Shown piece by piece: positions 22,301 through 30,644 of a DNA stretch of 62,020 bases; within the stretch, counting starts at the first letter, position 1, and the number at the start of each line of letters is the position of its first letter. The notes under the pieces are model-generated. The model saw only the letters and a list, made by a program, of their open reading frames with translations, did not search any database and was not told where the DNA came from. Source of the stretch: a virus (Duplodnaviria; Caudoviricetes). The DNA lies in IMG/VR virus record IMGVR_UViG_3300032073_000028, positions 1 through 62,020 of that record. One strand, 5' to 3'. The position numbers were made by a program, and so were the translations under genes.

Positions 22301-22908
22301 ATTAATAGATGTGATGCTCCAATCGCAGGTGGTGTTGGGGTGAATGTTGGTGTAGGTCCTCCCTCCATTGGTGAAAATACTGATTCAAACCCACTCGTGG
22401 AAACTCTCTCTCCAGTATTCATTGTTGAAACTGGTGTCATTGCTTGTCCAGATGCAACAAGTGCATTAGTTGCAGGTGATGAAAAGTTTGCAACAATAGG
22501 TGTACCCAAATTTTCTACTACTGAATCTGTATATGCTGCATCAGTTGGTAACCCTCTAACACCAGTTCTTTGAGGTGGTACAATTGCGGCTTGTGGTGGT
22601 GAAAATGTTTGTATCGGTGGCACCGGCGGTGTTGGCGGCGGTGGCGGTGGTGGAGGTGGTAATTGTACTATTGGTGGTGCCGGCGGTATTGGTGGCACAA
22701 ATATTGGTGGTGCCGGAGGCGGCGGTGTTGGTGTTACATTAAATGTTGGTGGGGGTGTTAATATAGGTGGAAATGTTATAGGAGGAAAATTACTCCAATC
22801 TATTTTAAATGGTTTAATATTAAATGGATTGGCTAAATCCTTGACAGTATTCTTGTTGCTTTTTCCAAAGTTTCCAAAATTTAATCCTGTAAATGGAATA
22901 TTATACAT
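16336..22908 (-). CDS. Giant baseplate wedge-like protein (2190 aa): Pro-rich N-terminus, BACON-like domain, gp7-like region
   Basis: Poly-Pro N-terminus; WISI...RTATVRVT...FTIVQQ (BACON-like); IYKSKGTSRGLKAIL (KGT motif of gp7/GpI-type wedge proteins). Confidence 0.6.
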   Translation of the reverse strand: MYNIPFTGLNFGNFGKSNKNTVKDLANPFNIKPFKIDWSNFPPITFPPILTPPPTFNVTPTPPPPAPPIFVPPIPPAPPIVQLPPPPPPPPPTPPVPPIQTFSPPQAAIVPPQRTGVRGLPTDAAYTDSVVENLGTPIVANFSSPATNALVASGQAMTPVSTMNTGERVSTSGFESVFSPMEGGPTPTFTPTPPAIGASHLLMINGPYADECAAFAAQGTGNPVGVYVSQDMGDNFVHQQFYGSAPSFSQSQPVYNGANQWYWIDGAAVKIGYDGRKLGATMVEPARCRPKVPTPTGGTIKLKFQYAAGFGAPNTFRVNSSIDSLDADYPSIKTKTLHYPAETTTSTKLIATWGAEGQGGKNSTWFYKLEQLPSLYGNDLRYQLYQKTSPNDQWRPRGSNEVTQFLGTTTNGIKDLQFNEIPFNGLVFVFPTTKELTVAPTIGTVGRDAGQFNLSITSTSDFTLAALNGGDWISIPKQGSKGTSSNFINFQAGPVPDGSGTTFKRTATVRVTNTEGLTRDFTIVQQYEQPPIDEPPKPDPTRLTIQLFYDAGANANGKVDTITSTIKGLESPRMSGDPATDALAGNSKTYGVARTASVSWNPKISQVIGSVNGIKNGAAASKERYVLKLDGYNLIILENNKTFGTYPLGEYGGTLRIKDEVGHVHLPFSYGKIELPPDPKVPPILKISQSTERGIDNWGTLNIHDVGGAVVRKFTLGDDDWHSTNYQTILDRYPNFSVSVEIKNGILFEKCEQTSPNGISIPLELITKQTLLGYDTTYEWEFTLSRKVEESKQPQVFPAFTTVEFNTGGDTRVDVPYTTKDASYISIRGPKGFRGLDNLPTAGSFTLKSSFFTQGVGRYEYTFCPYGPKGEKGTEKTVIVNVVSKSITYFPDIRKINYPKEIKGADFIGLDVPFSFSYQSVFTDYVRIWLHDKSTPIGFQHPKQSLVKLNVKDLIKYTNKFTKKGDIYTFKFLLQPFGKGEKESLEGKIEEIVIKFDEGDLKLNRNKVIKDLCDAVARNLNEDAFDEFNSKYLNHLVHFGSANNEVISNWEVDTETFRKYEIDPLTKRPTNKQVDGEGFDALVLKLYEPLNTTVQPNQQVWITKIQSQPQVHEVILRDSDKDYCPPLAAPNFSLDVSSGMGYELFDEMLASGTNSNASLVNTFVSQSGIDTKKLDISYISGAVTYNSQSLEYESSSQVIAWDRFSHFGSGEERIKNFWYKVSSIENYNNVSASLETSDNASTSLTVVAEKERQIRKINEIIAGFDGFEEFLYTDTGSLSYPKNSNGILLSTGSSDAINWYDVTGISGSKYDYYNPNYLPNNIPQFVKDDKENADFILFLDMIGHHFDILWAYTENINRARKLEHKKLNNGVSDELVREMLRSFGYQPKSTMDTAPLWEFALGQYNNQNQARTDGTTSSIMTGKQRQNQIWRRILNNLPYIYKSKGTSRGLKAILSTYGISEGILRIQEFGGPPPTNISQPTQYTETVDTFGLKTNSNSFVTIPWHSGSSYPHTIEFSVQTEEKEDAVIFRNDQMYLELIHDTGSLAKFKFHISGSGIAESIETNSLPFFSDTINTFMIRRTYSSGSVNEVFDIFAKEPFQERIRAQVSASVQVAYGESGWESGSEIVFGGFSASIDNIKLWRTALSESIFDEHVLAPDMYNGNSISSSTEDLFIRLDFEKAENIAESSSFSPSGSYQNTAPSADTLYGEQFVSMSGFITSSTYPFGSFEKKTVERTRVVPATGLAAADKVRLTTQNVDSELSPFARATKSGLKNQATDSDRIGIFISPTNNINRDITKALGGTFKIDDFIGDPCSYYDEDYNELKAFRRKFFKKYTINYDGFYNLVKYIDNTLFDAIGTLLPGRSKTTTGLLIEPHLLERNKQQRKRPSGIIFEELVGTEDISKNSIISISSSTEPITAVLTSSVFTPDFGGSEDYYETTLDYSIIDNISGSHTVYETTMDYDFVDQIGASHLSVEGLVTGSNRATPVSTTILSNNNNEGSLIFNIPATATGSATGQYVRDMFETIPADDNGDYYNEGYGITAKNGHSIVTFLTPNGRDKERRKYYMITKNVTDTFPILNNSSDQTSGTTDTAVTSQKKILTYVSISGSAPAVGGDIVTVQPVDGNLGSHYIYTKDTSTGLENSYFNGCKQTQATTIDGGPAFETFVTNPNTLKVSDSGRGSGEPILDVE

Positions 22909-22920
22909 ATCTTTTTTTTA

Positions 22921-23427
22921 TTATCCTCCGTATTGTCCAAATATTGAGTTGATTCCTTGTAACATTGGGTTAAATTTCATAGCCCCTGCATCACCTGTTG
23001 GCCCTGGTATACCTATATTCTTAGGTATAGTAATTGGTCCAAATGGTTTTATATTTATTGGATAAGTTTCAAAATCCAATTTTATTTGAGATGCGTCAAA
23101 TGGTGGTAAATTTAAATTAGCCAATTTAGATAAATCTATATCGGGTAAAGTAATTTCTGGTAAACCTCCTGAAATTTTTGGAAGTTTTATATTAGCTAAA
23201 CCTTCTGAAATCATTGCAGGAGTAATTTTAGGTATTACGATTGGTGGTAATAATGGTAAAGTTTCATCGGTATAAACGAGGTTATTAGCGTTACTTATAG
23301 GCGGTGTTACCTCTTTTACTTCAGGTGCTGGTGTTGGGTATGCTATCCCTACATTCTGTTTAAAGTAAATAGTTTTACTTAAACCATCTGAATTCCTAAA
23401 TATTATTTTAACGCTTCTAAATGCCAT
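22921..23427 (-). CDS. Pro-rich hypothetical protein (probably structural)
   Basis: 168-aa ORF with late box 3 nt upstream. Confidence 0.6.
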   Translation of the reverse strand: MAFRSVKIIFRNSDGLSKTIYFKQNVGIAYPTPAPEVKEVTPPISNANNLVYTDETLPLLPPIVIPKITPAMISEGLANIKLPKISGGLPEITLPDIDLSKLANLNLPPFDASQIKLDFETYPINIKPFGPITIPKNIGIPGPTGDAGAMKFNPMLQGINSIFGQYGG

Positions 23428-23442
23428 ATCTATAAATATTCT

Positions 23443-24846
23443 TTATCTGTATTCTCCTATGTTTAAATCGTCTCTATCTACTACCATGTCTACTTCGCCA
23501 GGGAGAGGGATATTTCTACCTCCTCCTCCTCCACCAGTTCTTGTAACAGGCCCAGGGTCATAATCCATACCAGTTCCTCTTGGTGGAGGTGGTGCGTCAT
23601 CAACTTTTATTTGCTCTTGTGTAGGAAGATATTTAAATCTATAATCTGTATTACCTCCTTGTAAAGTTGATTGATTTGCTAGTATCCAATCGTTTCCACC
23701 ACTTTCGTATTCGATTGTTACTGTTACTGGAGAACTTGAATTTACACCTATTTCAACTCTACCACCTTGTATAATACCAGTTGATAGTTGTGCAGGACTT
23801 ACTGTTAAGAAAGATAATGGGTCTGATGTATCCTCGTTTAGTATTTCATCTTCTATATCTTCTACATCTTCTTCAAAATCAATTGATTCAGTAATTCCTG
23901 TATCTGTTGATTCAAACTTAGTATCTCCTTTTATTTCTTTTATTATTTCTCTTACATCTACACTTGGGTCTAACACCATTGTAGTATAAGTTTCATCTTG
24001 TACATTCCTTTTTGGTAAATGTACATCTATTAAATTACAAGTTATCTCTAAAATATTTTTTAACAATTCACCGATATCTAAAAAAGTATCGTCTGCATTA
24101 GGATTTGGTTGACCATAATTTATTGCATCTCTAGGGTCAAAGAATTTACCTTGAGTATAATATTTAATTGCTTCTTTAACTTTCTTAGTTACTAAAATAA
24201 AAAGTTGTTCAAGACTATTAAGTTTGAATTCTTTTAAAATTTGTAATCGATACTCTTTAGAATGTTTGTTAATAAAACTTCTTATTATATCTTCAACTTT
24301 TATACTTTCAAGAAACTCATCTATATGATATATAACATCATCTCTAAATGATTTTCCTTTTGCAAATCCATCATATTGTTTAAATAATTCTTCATCAACT
24401 TTACCATCTGCTTTAGTAACTGGTACTAATCTAATTTCAGTTCTTGATGGTGCTATTTCATGAATGTATAATTTTTCTGTATTGTGTCTACCTACTCTAT
24501 TGTTTAGTAGTTGAAACTGTACTTTAAATAATCCTAGATTATATCCTGCCTCTTTTAATAATTTTTCAACATCAATAAAATACTCTTCTACACCATCTCC
24601 GGCATCTTTTGATAGGAAGTACTCATTTATATTTTGTATGTTAATAGAGATGTGTCTAGTCAACTCTCCTGATTCTCCTTGTGGTAATTGATTATCACTG
24701 GCATCGTATATAGTAAATTCGATTATATCTTCTTTACCTTTACCGAAGTTAGATTCACGCATACCTCTTTGGATTATTTCTAGGTCTTTTCCTAATAATC
24801 TTAAGCCGGTTCTTGTATCTATATTTTTAAAATCTTCTACTGCCAT
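23443..24846 (-). CDS. Hypothetical structural-module protein
   Basis: 467-aa ORF in the baseplate block; IHEIAPSRTEIRL motif. Confidence 0.6.
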   Translation of the reverse strand: MAVEDFKNIDTRTGLRLLGKDLEIIQRGMRESNFGKGKEDIIEFTIYDASDNQLPQGESGELTRHISINIQNINEYFLSKDAGDGVEEYFIDVEKLLKEAGYNLGLFKVQFQLLNNRVGRHNTEKLYIHEIAPSRTEIRLVPVTKADGKVDEELFKQYDGFAKGKSFRDDVIYHIDEFLESIKVEDIIRSFINKHSKEYRLQILKEFKLNSLEQLFILVTKKVKEAIKYYTQGKFFDPRDAINYGQPNPNADDTFLDIGELLKNILEITCNLIDVHLPKRNVQDETYTTMVLDPSVDVREIIKEIKGDTKFESTDTGITESIDFEEDVEDIEDEILNEDTSDPLSFLTVSPAQLSTGIIQGGRVEIGVNSSSPVTVTIEYESGGNDWILANQSTLQGGNTDYRFKYLPTQEQIKVDDAPPPPRGTGMDYDPGPVTRTGGGGGGRNIPLPGEVDMVVDRDDLNIGEYR

Positions 24847-24851
24847 AATTT

Positions 24852-25988
24852 TTAATCCATACTACTATCTGTACCTACCTCAACACTAAAAGATGTAGGG
24901 CCGGGAGTATTTTCTGCGTAATTTTTTACTTTATAATCTCTGGTATATGTTACTTTATGTTCTAGTTGATTACCTTGTTGGTCTGTAAATTTTAAATCAA
25001 TATATTGATTTTTTCTCCATCCACTATTTTGACTTTCTTTCCACCCACCTGGTCTTTTTACTCCAATTGTAAGTGTGGTAGCTCCTGGCTTACCACATTT
25101 ACCTAAATCATCGTTCCACTCTGTTCCCGCAGGAACATTAAAGGATGCTGGTATATAAGTTCGTGTGGCATTATCTGGTCTTGCTGTATTTGATTTAGAA
25201 CATTGTACTGTTTTTGGAGTTGTACCGAAGTTATAGAAAACAAGTTCTTGACCATTAGGTCTTTTGTAACTTCCATAATCCCAATCAAAGAATAGTCCAG
25301 GTTTAGTTGGCATACCAACATTTCCAACTGGAACTTTCATAGCAAAATCTCCTACTTCATCTTGTATTGAAGAATTCATATAGTTTGTTGCTATTACATT
25401 TTCTACTTGTGCATTTAAAGCTTGAATTGCTAATAAAGATGCTTGTAATTGAGCCTTGATAGCTTCAAATCTAGCTTCAAGAGATACTCTTTCAATAGCT
25501 TCTTGTGTTGAGCGTTCTACTGCTTTTTGTAATTCAATTACAGTATCTTTAAATTGGTCAGATAATGATATGTATAAGTTTTCTAATTCTGATAATGAAA
25601 GTTCTGCAGAGATTTTTAATTCTCTTTGGGTATCTCTATCAGCTGTCATAGCAATCAAATCTGCAGTTAAATCATTTACATTAGTTTCTAAATCTTCTAT
25701 TTCTATTGATTGAGATGCAATTGTATCTAATGCCTCTTCGTATATACTTCTTAAAACAACATCTGGTAAATCTTTTCTACTTCTTACTAACTCATCTACC
25801 TTAATATCTAAGGCCTTTTCAACTTCTTTATTAATGTATTTAGGAACTTCTAAAAACCCAACCGATTCACCATCTTTTTTGTTTTTTGCAAGGGAAATTT
25901 GTCTAGTATTGTTTTCTTCATACTTGACTGTATCTGAACTACTGCTTACTATTAGTTGTTCTGCTCTTTCCTTGTCTCCTAATGCCAT
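24852..25988 (-). CDS. Coiled-coil structural-module protein
   Basis: 378 aa; long heptad region at about aa 80-200. Confidence 0.6.
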   Translation of the reverse strand: MALGDKERAEQLIVSSSSDTVKYEENNTRQISLAKNKKDGESVGFLEVPKYINKEVEKALDIKVDELVRSRKDLPDVVLRSIYEEALDTIASQSIEIEDLETNVNDLTADLIAMTADRDTQRELKISAELSLSELENLYISLSDQFKDTVIELQKAVERSTQEAIERVSLEARFEAIKAQLQASLLAIQALNAQVENVIATNYMNSSIQDEVGDFAMKVPVGNVGMPTKPGLFFDWDYGSYKRPNGQELVFYNFGTTPKTVQCSKSNTARPDNATRTYIPASFNVPAGTEWNDDLGKCGKPGATTLTIGVKRPGGWKESQNSGWRKNQYIDLKFTDQQGNQLEHKVTYTRDYKVKNYAENTPGPTSFSVEVGTDSSMD

Positions 25989-25993
25989 ATCTA

Positions 25994-27052
25994 TTATTTA
26001 ACCACTTCAAATGTTATATCATCATCAAAATATTCAACAGTTCCACTTCTTTCTATTTTAAACTCAACCTTATAATCTCGATTGATTTCAAAATTTAAAA
26101 GATTTAATTTAAAATAATTTCCACTTGCATTACAAGATATTTTTGAATAATCACCAAATGGAATTATAATATCGTTACTGTTTAAATCAGATATTTGATA
26201 ATATGATGAAGTTGGTAAATAATTTACATCATTGTATGCAAAAGTATTTGAAAAAGTTCTTGATGGATATAATTCTCTACCATGAACCTCTATTTTAGGT
26301 GTTGAGCCTACTTTGTATGATTTCTTTAATCTTTTTGTATTTATTTTAATATCATCAGTTAGAGTTACTGCTGATAATGAACCTGTATTAAATTCAGAAT
26401 CATCCCAACCTACTCTTATTTTTGGTTGGTGTATTGTATGAGTTTCTTTTGAGAAGAATTTTAATTGACCATAATCATTTGTATCATCCTCAAATGTTTT
26501 AGTGTGTTTAACTATAAACCCATTATTTGGAAGAGAACCACTCACCCATGAATCTATTGCAGAAAGTACATCTACATTTAAATCAGATGATTCATATGAG
26601 AATGATTGTGATGCTGCAGAAGCAGTAAACCACATACCACCATTTCCATTATATGAACCAGTACTTTCTAGTGATGCAGAACCAACTAACCATTTAGAAC
26701 CACTTGCTCTATAATTCCAAGTAACTCCATCAGTAGTTATATCATCGAATCTAGTTCCTAATCCCATATCCCATGATTCAGATACTGGATAAATCTCAAT
26801 TGTATAATCTAAAGGAATTTCATTTGATTCGCATTCTTTAAGAATTAATTCTGCTGAACTCATTGTTACTGAACCATTATCAATTGATGATGATAATCCT
26901 CCAATATCAAATTTTACAAGTGAACGAGCAGTATCTTTTAATGAACCATAATAAACTTTAGACACTTCAAGTACTTCATCCAAACCAGTATTCTGTGTCG
27001 GTTGTTGTAAGTATATACTTGCGTCCTTTGATGATGTAACAAAATAATACAT
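25994..27052 (-). CDS. DNRLRE/CBM96-like domain virion protein
   Basis: KDASIY...P.QNTG...LEV...RSLVKFD...SAEL.L...W.E/MG...TW...W pattern. Confidence 0.55.
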   Translation of the reverse strand: MYYFVTSSKDASIYLQQPTQNTGLDEVLEVSKVYYGSLKDTARSLVKFDIGGLSSSIDNGSVTMSSAELILKECESNEIPLDYTIEIYPVSESWDMGLGTRFDDITTDGVTWNYRASGSKWLVGSASLESTGSYNGNGGMWFTASAASQSFSYESSDLNVDVLSAIDSWVSGSLPNNGFIVKHTKTFEDDTNDYGQLKFFSKETHTIHQPKIRVGWDDSEFNTGSLSAVTLTDDIKINTKRLKKSYKVGSTPKIEVHGRELYPSRTFSNTFAYNDVNYLPTSSYYQISDLNSNDIIIPFGDYSKISCNASGNYFKLNLLNFEINRDYKVEFKIERSGTVEYFDDDITFEVVK

Positions 27053-29079
27053 TATATGATTCTTCCTTTTATATCTTGGTTAGGGTACTTCAACTCAAAT
27101 ATAGATGGGTCTAACGAAGGATAAATTATATTATTCTTTGTTGCATCTACAAAATTATATGAGCGTGAAGAGTAATTCCCACTACACTTGTTTTTAAATT
27201 CTAATTTCGAAACCGAAACTACACCTTCTATATTTGCAAGGATTAGTTCTACTTCATTTATGTTAATTGTGTCATTAAATGTCCAATTATCTATATTAAA
27301 ATAATCTTGTAAAGCAATATTACAGTTTGTAAGAACTTCTCTTCTGTTGTATCCAGTCAATGCAGTTACATCAAACTCTATTGCAAAATTGATTACATAT
27401 CCGTCAACGATGTTCAATCCATCAGTAATCATTTTATAGTTATTTAAATATCTTTTTAAGTTTTCTTTAACAGCACCATTTAATGTTGTTAAGTTTTTAT
27501 CTGAGTTATATCCAAGAGTATAAATGTTAATACTAAATGGATTTGAGGCATCTGATGCTCTATTTTGTTTACCTTGTAAAAATAAATCTACATTTGCTTT
27601 TACTTCACTTTCAGGTAACCCAGCATTTTTTTCAATTAATTTTATAAATTCTTCTTGATTATCTGGTGATGCCAATGTTGCTGCTGGTGAGTTAGCATCT
27701 AACTTACTATCTTGTATAACGAATGCCTTAGCAACAGAACCAAACTTCGAAGGCATTGCTAAACATCTAACTTGATAATCTTGTGCAGTTACTGCTCTGT
27801 TTTGAGCTCCAAAGTAAGCCAATGCATTTTCTTTTATTTCTTTTATAGTTTCTGCACCTCTACCACCTGTAGCAGGTATTTCGTTTTCACATGCAACTGA
27901 GTTTGTAACTGTATTAAATAAAAGTGCTTCTGCAGAAGTAAATGAAGTTACATCATTTTCATACTCTATACTTGTAATTTGTTTTATATCACCTTTTTTT
28001 ACATTTGAAGTAATACCACCACCTACAAAGTATTTAACTGTTACTGTTGTGTTTGTTGGTGATTGTCCATATGATTTTGTTTTTAAGAAATTTGCTGGGT
28101 CATAGTATTCAGTTAATCTATTATCTGAACCAGCTAAACCTAATCCTATGTTATCAAAATTTGGTACTATTAGTTCATCGTTTACATTACTATCACCACT
28201 ACCAAATTGAATTGTTGTTGAATAATCTTCATTTATAACTGTTGTAAATCTTCTTGGAGTTCTTAGTGTTTTTAAAATAGATGGTACATCCTCTCTGAAC
28301 TGAAACAAATCAGGTTCGTTTGCAGCGGTATTAGGATAATCTATATAAACAAGTTCTTGTCCAAGATAAGGTACTTCGTAGTATTTGTTTGAATTTGCAT
28401 CTCTAACATCATATATTGATATTACATCAGTTTCTTTTAAATCTATTCTTGCGAAATCAGCATTTGGTCCAAAACTAATATCAGATTCTTTTAATATAGC
28501 AGATATTGCCTTTACTTTCTTTTTTACTAAATAGTATTCAGGGTCATTTGTACTTGTGTTTCTTGAAAATACTGTTATTTCTCTTCCACTTGATTCATTA
28601 AAATCTAATAGTTCTTGTGTTACAAAGGTAACTCCACCAATTGATGTTGCAACCATTCCCTCTTTTACTCTTAAATAAAATTTAGTATCTGGTTCGTAAT
28701 CACTTGTTGAACCACTTTTATATTTTGATGGTACAAGTTGATAAATTGATAATTCAGTTACTGCAGGAGATGTAACTTTAGTTTTATATCCTAAATATTT
28801 TGATAATGCTAATACATTTCTTTTATCTTCTGCATATGGCATTAATGATTCTTTAAGAGTATCATCAATGTAGTATCCTAGAACATCACCTATATAAGAT
28901 GCCATTTCAATAAACATCATACCAGGTGAAGATTCGTTAAAATCTGCATGTGTCTTTGGAAAATAAGTTTTTGCAAACTCTATAAGATTTTCTCTAAAAG
29001 ACTTAAAATCTTTATTAAGGTATTTTAGTGATTTACCTTTATCTTTAAAGTTTGAATTTACTGAGTTATTTATTGCCAT
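27052..29079 (-). CDS. Baseplate wedge subunit (T4 gp6/Baseplate_J-like)
   Basis: KDF.SFR..L, DFNESSPGMMFIE, FGSG, GGRGAET, QNRAVTAQDY motifs. Confidence 0.88.
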   Translation of the reverse strand: MAINNSVNSNFKDKGKSLKYLNKDFKSFRENLIEFAKTYFPKTHADFNESSPGMMFIEMASYIGDVLGYYIDDTLKESLMPYAEDKRNVLALSKYLGYKTKVTSPAVTELSIYQLVPSKYKSGSTSDYEPDTKFYLRVKEGMVATSIGGVTFVTQELLDFNESSGREITVFSRNTSTNDPEYYLVKKKVKAISAILKESDISFGPNADFARIDLKETDVISIYDVRDANSNKYYEVPYLGQELVYIDYPNTAANEPDLFQFREDVPSILKTLRTPRRFTTVINEDYSTTIQFGSGDSNVNDELIVPNFDNIGLGLAGSDNRLTEYYDPANFLKTKSYGQSPTNTTVTVKYFVGGGITSNVKKGDIKQITSIEYENDVTSFTSAEALLFNTVTNSVACENEIPATGGRGAETIKEIKENALAYFGAQNRAVTAQDYQVRCLAMPSKFGSVAKAFVIQDSKLDANSPAATLASPDNQEEFIKLIEKNAGLPESEVKANVDLFLQGKQNRASDASNPFSINIYTLGYNSDKNLTTLNGAVKENLKRYLNNYKMITDGLNIVDGYVINFAIEFDVTALTGYNRREVLTNCNIALQDYFNIDNWTFNDTININEVELILANIEGVVSVSKLEFKNKCSGNYSSRSYNFVDATKNNIIYPSLDPSIFELKYPNQDIKGRII

Positions 29080-29080
29080 T

Positions 29081-29512
29081 TTATGTACCTAATGTAAATG
29101 TGATTGTTTGTAAACTTATAGCTTCACCAACTCTAAATTTAAGTTCAACATTTACTTTGTTTCTATCTTTATTACTATCTGATATATCTATAAATATATC
29201 TTCAATCGTTATATAAGGTAACCATTTTTCAACTGATTCTGTTATCGTATCAGTTATTTTATTTTCAAATTCTGAATCTATTGGTTCAAATAAAAGAGAT
29301 TGCAATCCACTACCAAACTGTGGTTGTGCTATTCTTTCTCCTTTTTTTGTTAGTAATAGGTTTTTTAAATTACTTTTTGCCTGATTATATGATGTGAAAT
29401 TTTGTTCAAAGAAACCACCATCACCATTTTTTAATGGTAATGATAATCCTACTGCGTAATCGTTAAATTCTTCAGTATCAATTACTACCTTCTTTGAAAT
29501 CTCATATGCCAT
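29081..29512 (-). CDS. Baseplate gp25-like sheath initiator
   Basis: NLLLTKKGER..P.FGS.L..LLFEP...W.P.I. Confidence 0.9.
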   Translation of the reverse strand: MAYEISKKVVIDTEEFNDYAVGLSLPLKNGDGGFFEQNFTSYNQAKSNLKNLLLTKKGERIAQPQFGSGLQSLLFEPIDSEFENKITDTITESVEKWLPYITIEDIFIDISDSNKDRNKVNVELKFRVGEAISLQTITFTLGT

Positions 29513-29515
29513 CTT

Positions 29516-30028
29516 TTAATCCTGTCCAGGTCTCCAGTTTTTTTGTTTATTAAATGCTTTTACTAAAGAACTATTATCTCTATTTAAAACTCTATCCAAT
29601 CCTGCAAGTCCAGTTTTTACACCCAATCCTTGTGGTTTTGATGCTCCACCTGCTGCAAGATTTCCATATCCCATTTGATGAGCCATTGAATGTTGCAGAT
29701 TCGGTGGTACACCTCCTCCCATCGCAACACTAGTGCTGTTAAATTGTACTTGTTTATCCATTTGGTTAAATGGTTTTGTACTTGCAATTGCCTCGTTAAG
29801 GACTGAATTCTTAGAATAAGTTTTTCTTTCCTCGTTTAATACCGATTCTGCAAGTGAAAACGGGTCTACCTCTGCTTGAGGTTGTATGGTTTTAGATTTC
29901 TTAAATTTTAGTTTAATTTGTTCTTCAAGAATCTTAGGAAAAGTTTTAGTTAGAAACTTCTCTTGTTGTTTTGCAACTTCAGCTTCTACCAATACTTTTA
30001 CTAATTTAGCTATTTTCTTCGCTTCCAT
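29516..30028 (-). CDS. Hypothetical late protein
   Basis: 170-aa ORF; late box upstream. Confidence 0.65.
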   Translation of the reverse strand: MEAKKIAKLVKVLVEAEVAKQQEKFLTKTFPKILEEQIKLKFKKSKTIQPQAEVDPFSLAESVLNEERKTYSKNSVLNEAIASTKPFNQMDKQVQFNSTSVAMGGGVPPNLQHSMAHQMGYGNLAAGGASKPQGLGVKTGLAGLDRVLNRDNSSLVKAFNKQKNWRPGQD

Positions 30029-30086
30029 AATTCTTAATTAAGTTTGTTTATCTTTATATAAATATTAATTCTTTATATTTTGAGGA

Positions 30087-30644
30087 TTATTGGGGAACAG
30101 AATATCCAGTCCAATTAATTATAGCAGGTAGTGGAGAAGGTGTTGGAACTGTTGGGTACATTGAGTTTGTTACTATCAAACCTTGTACTGTCATTAAATG
30201 TGATTGTATTCCTAATACCAGTATATCAACAAAAGTTTCTGTTTTTAAAACTGGTGGTGTTGGTAACTCCACACTCCACTCGCCAGGGTTTATTATAATA
30301 TGTGTCATTGTTTGAATATTTGATAGTGTACCTGGTGCTGGTAGAACTGGTAGAGGGAATAATGCTCCTTGAGAAGCAATCCAATATGCTTTAAATGCAA
30401 CACCCCAATCTCCAATAGTTAATTGACCTTCTTTTTTATAATTGTTCATTCTTAGGAAAACCTTTAGTAGAGTATCCATTGTTTGAGTATTACCAGTTTG
30501 TATTGGTACTTGATATATCATATCAAATCCACTTTTGATAAGTGCATCATATTCTCTTACAAGAAATTCAGCAAAATCATCACTACTACTTGGCTTTGAA
30601 TCCATGTATTGTATTACATTTTTTTTGAATAATGATATGGACAT
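30087..30644 (-). CDS. Hypothetical baseplate-region protein
   Basis: 185-aa ORF immediately after the spike gene. Confidence 0.6.
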   Translation of the reverse strand: MSISLFKKNVIQYMDSKPSSSDDFAEFLVREYDALIKSGFDMIYQVPIQTGNTQTMDTLLKVFLRMNNYKKEGQLTIGDWGVAFKAYWIASQGALFPLPVLPAPGTLSNIQTMTHIIINPGEWSVELPTPPVLKTETFVDILVLGIQSHLMTVQGLIVTNSMYPTVPTPSPLPAIINWTGYSVPQ

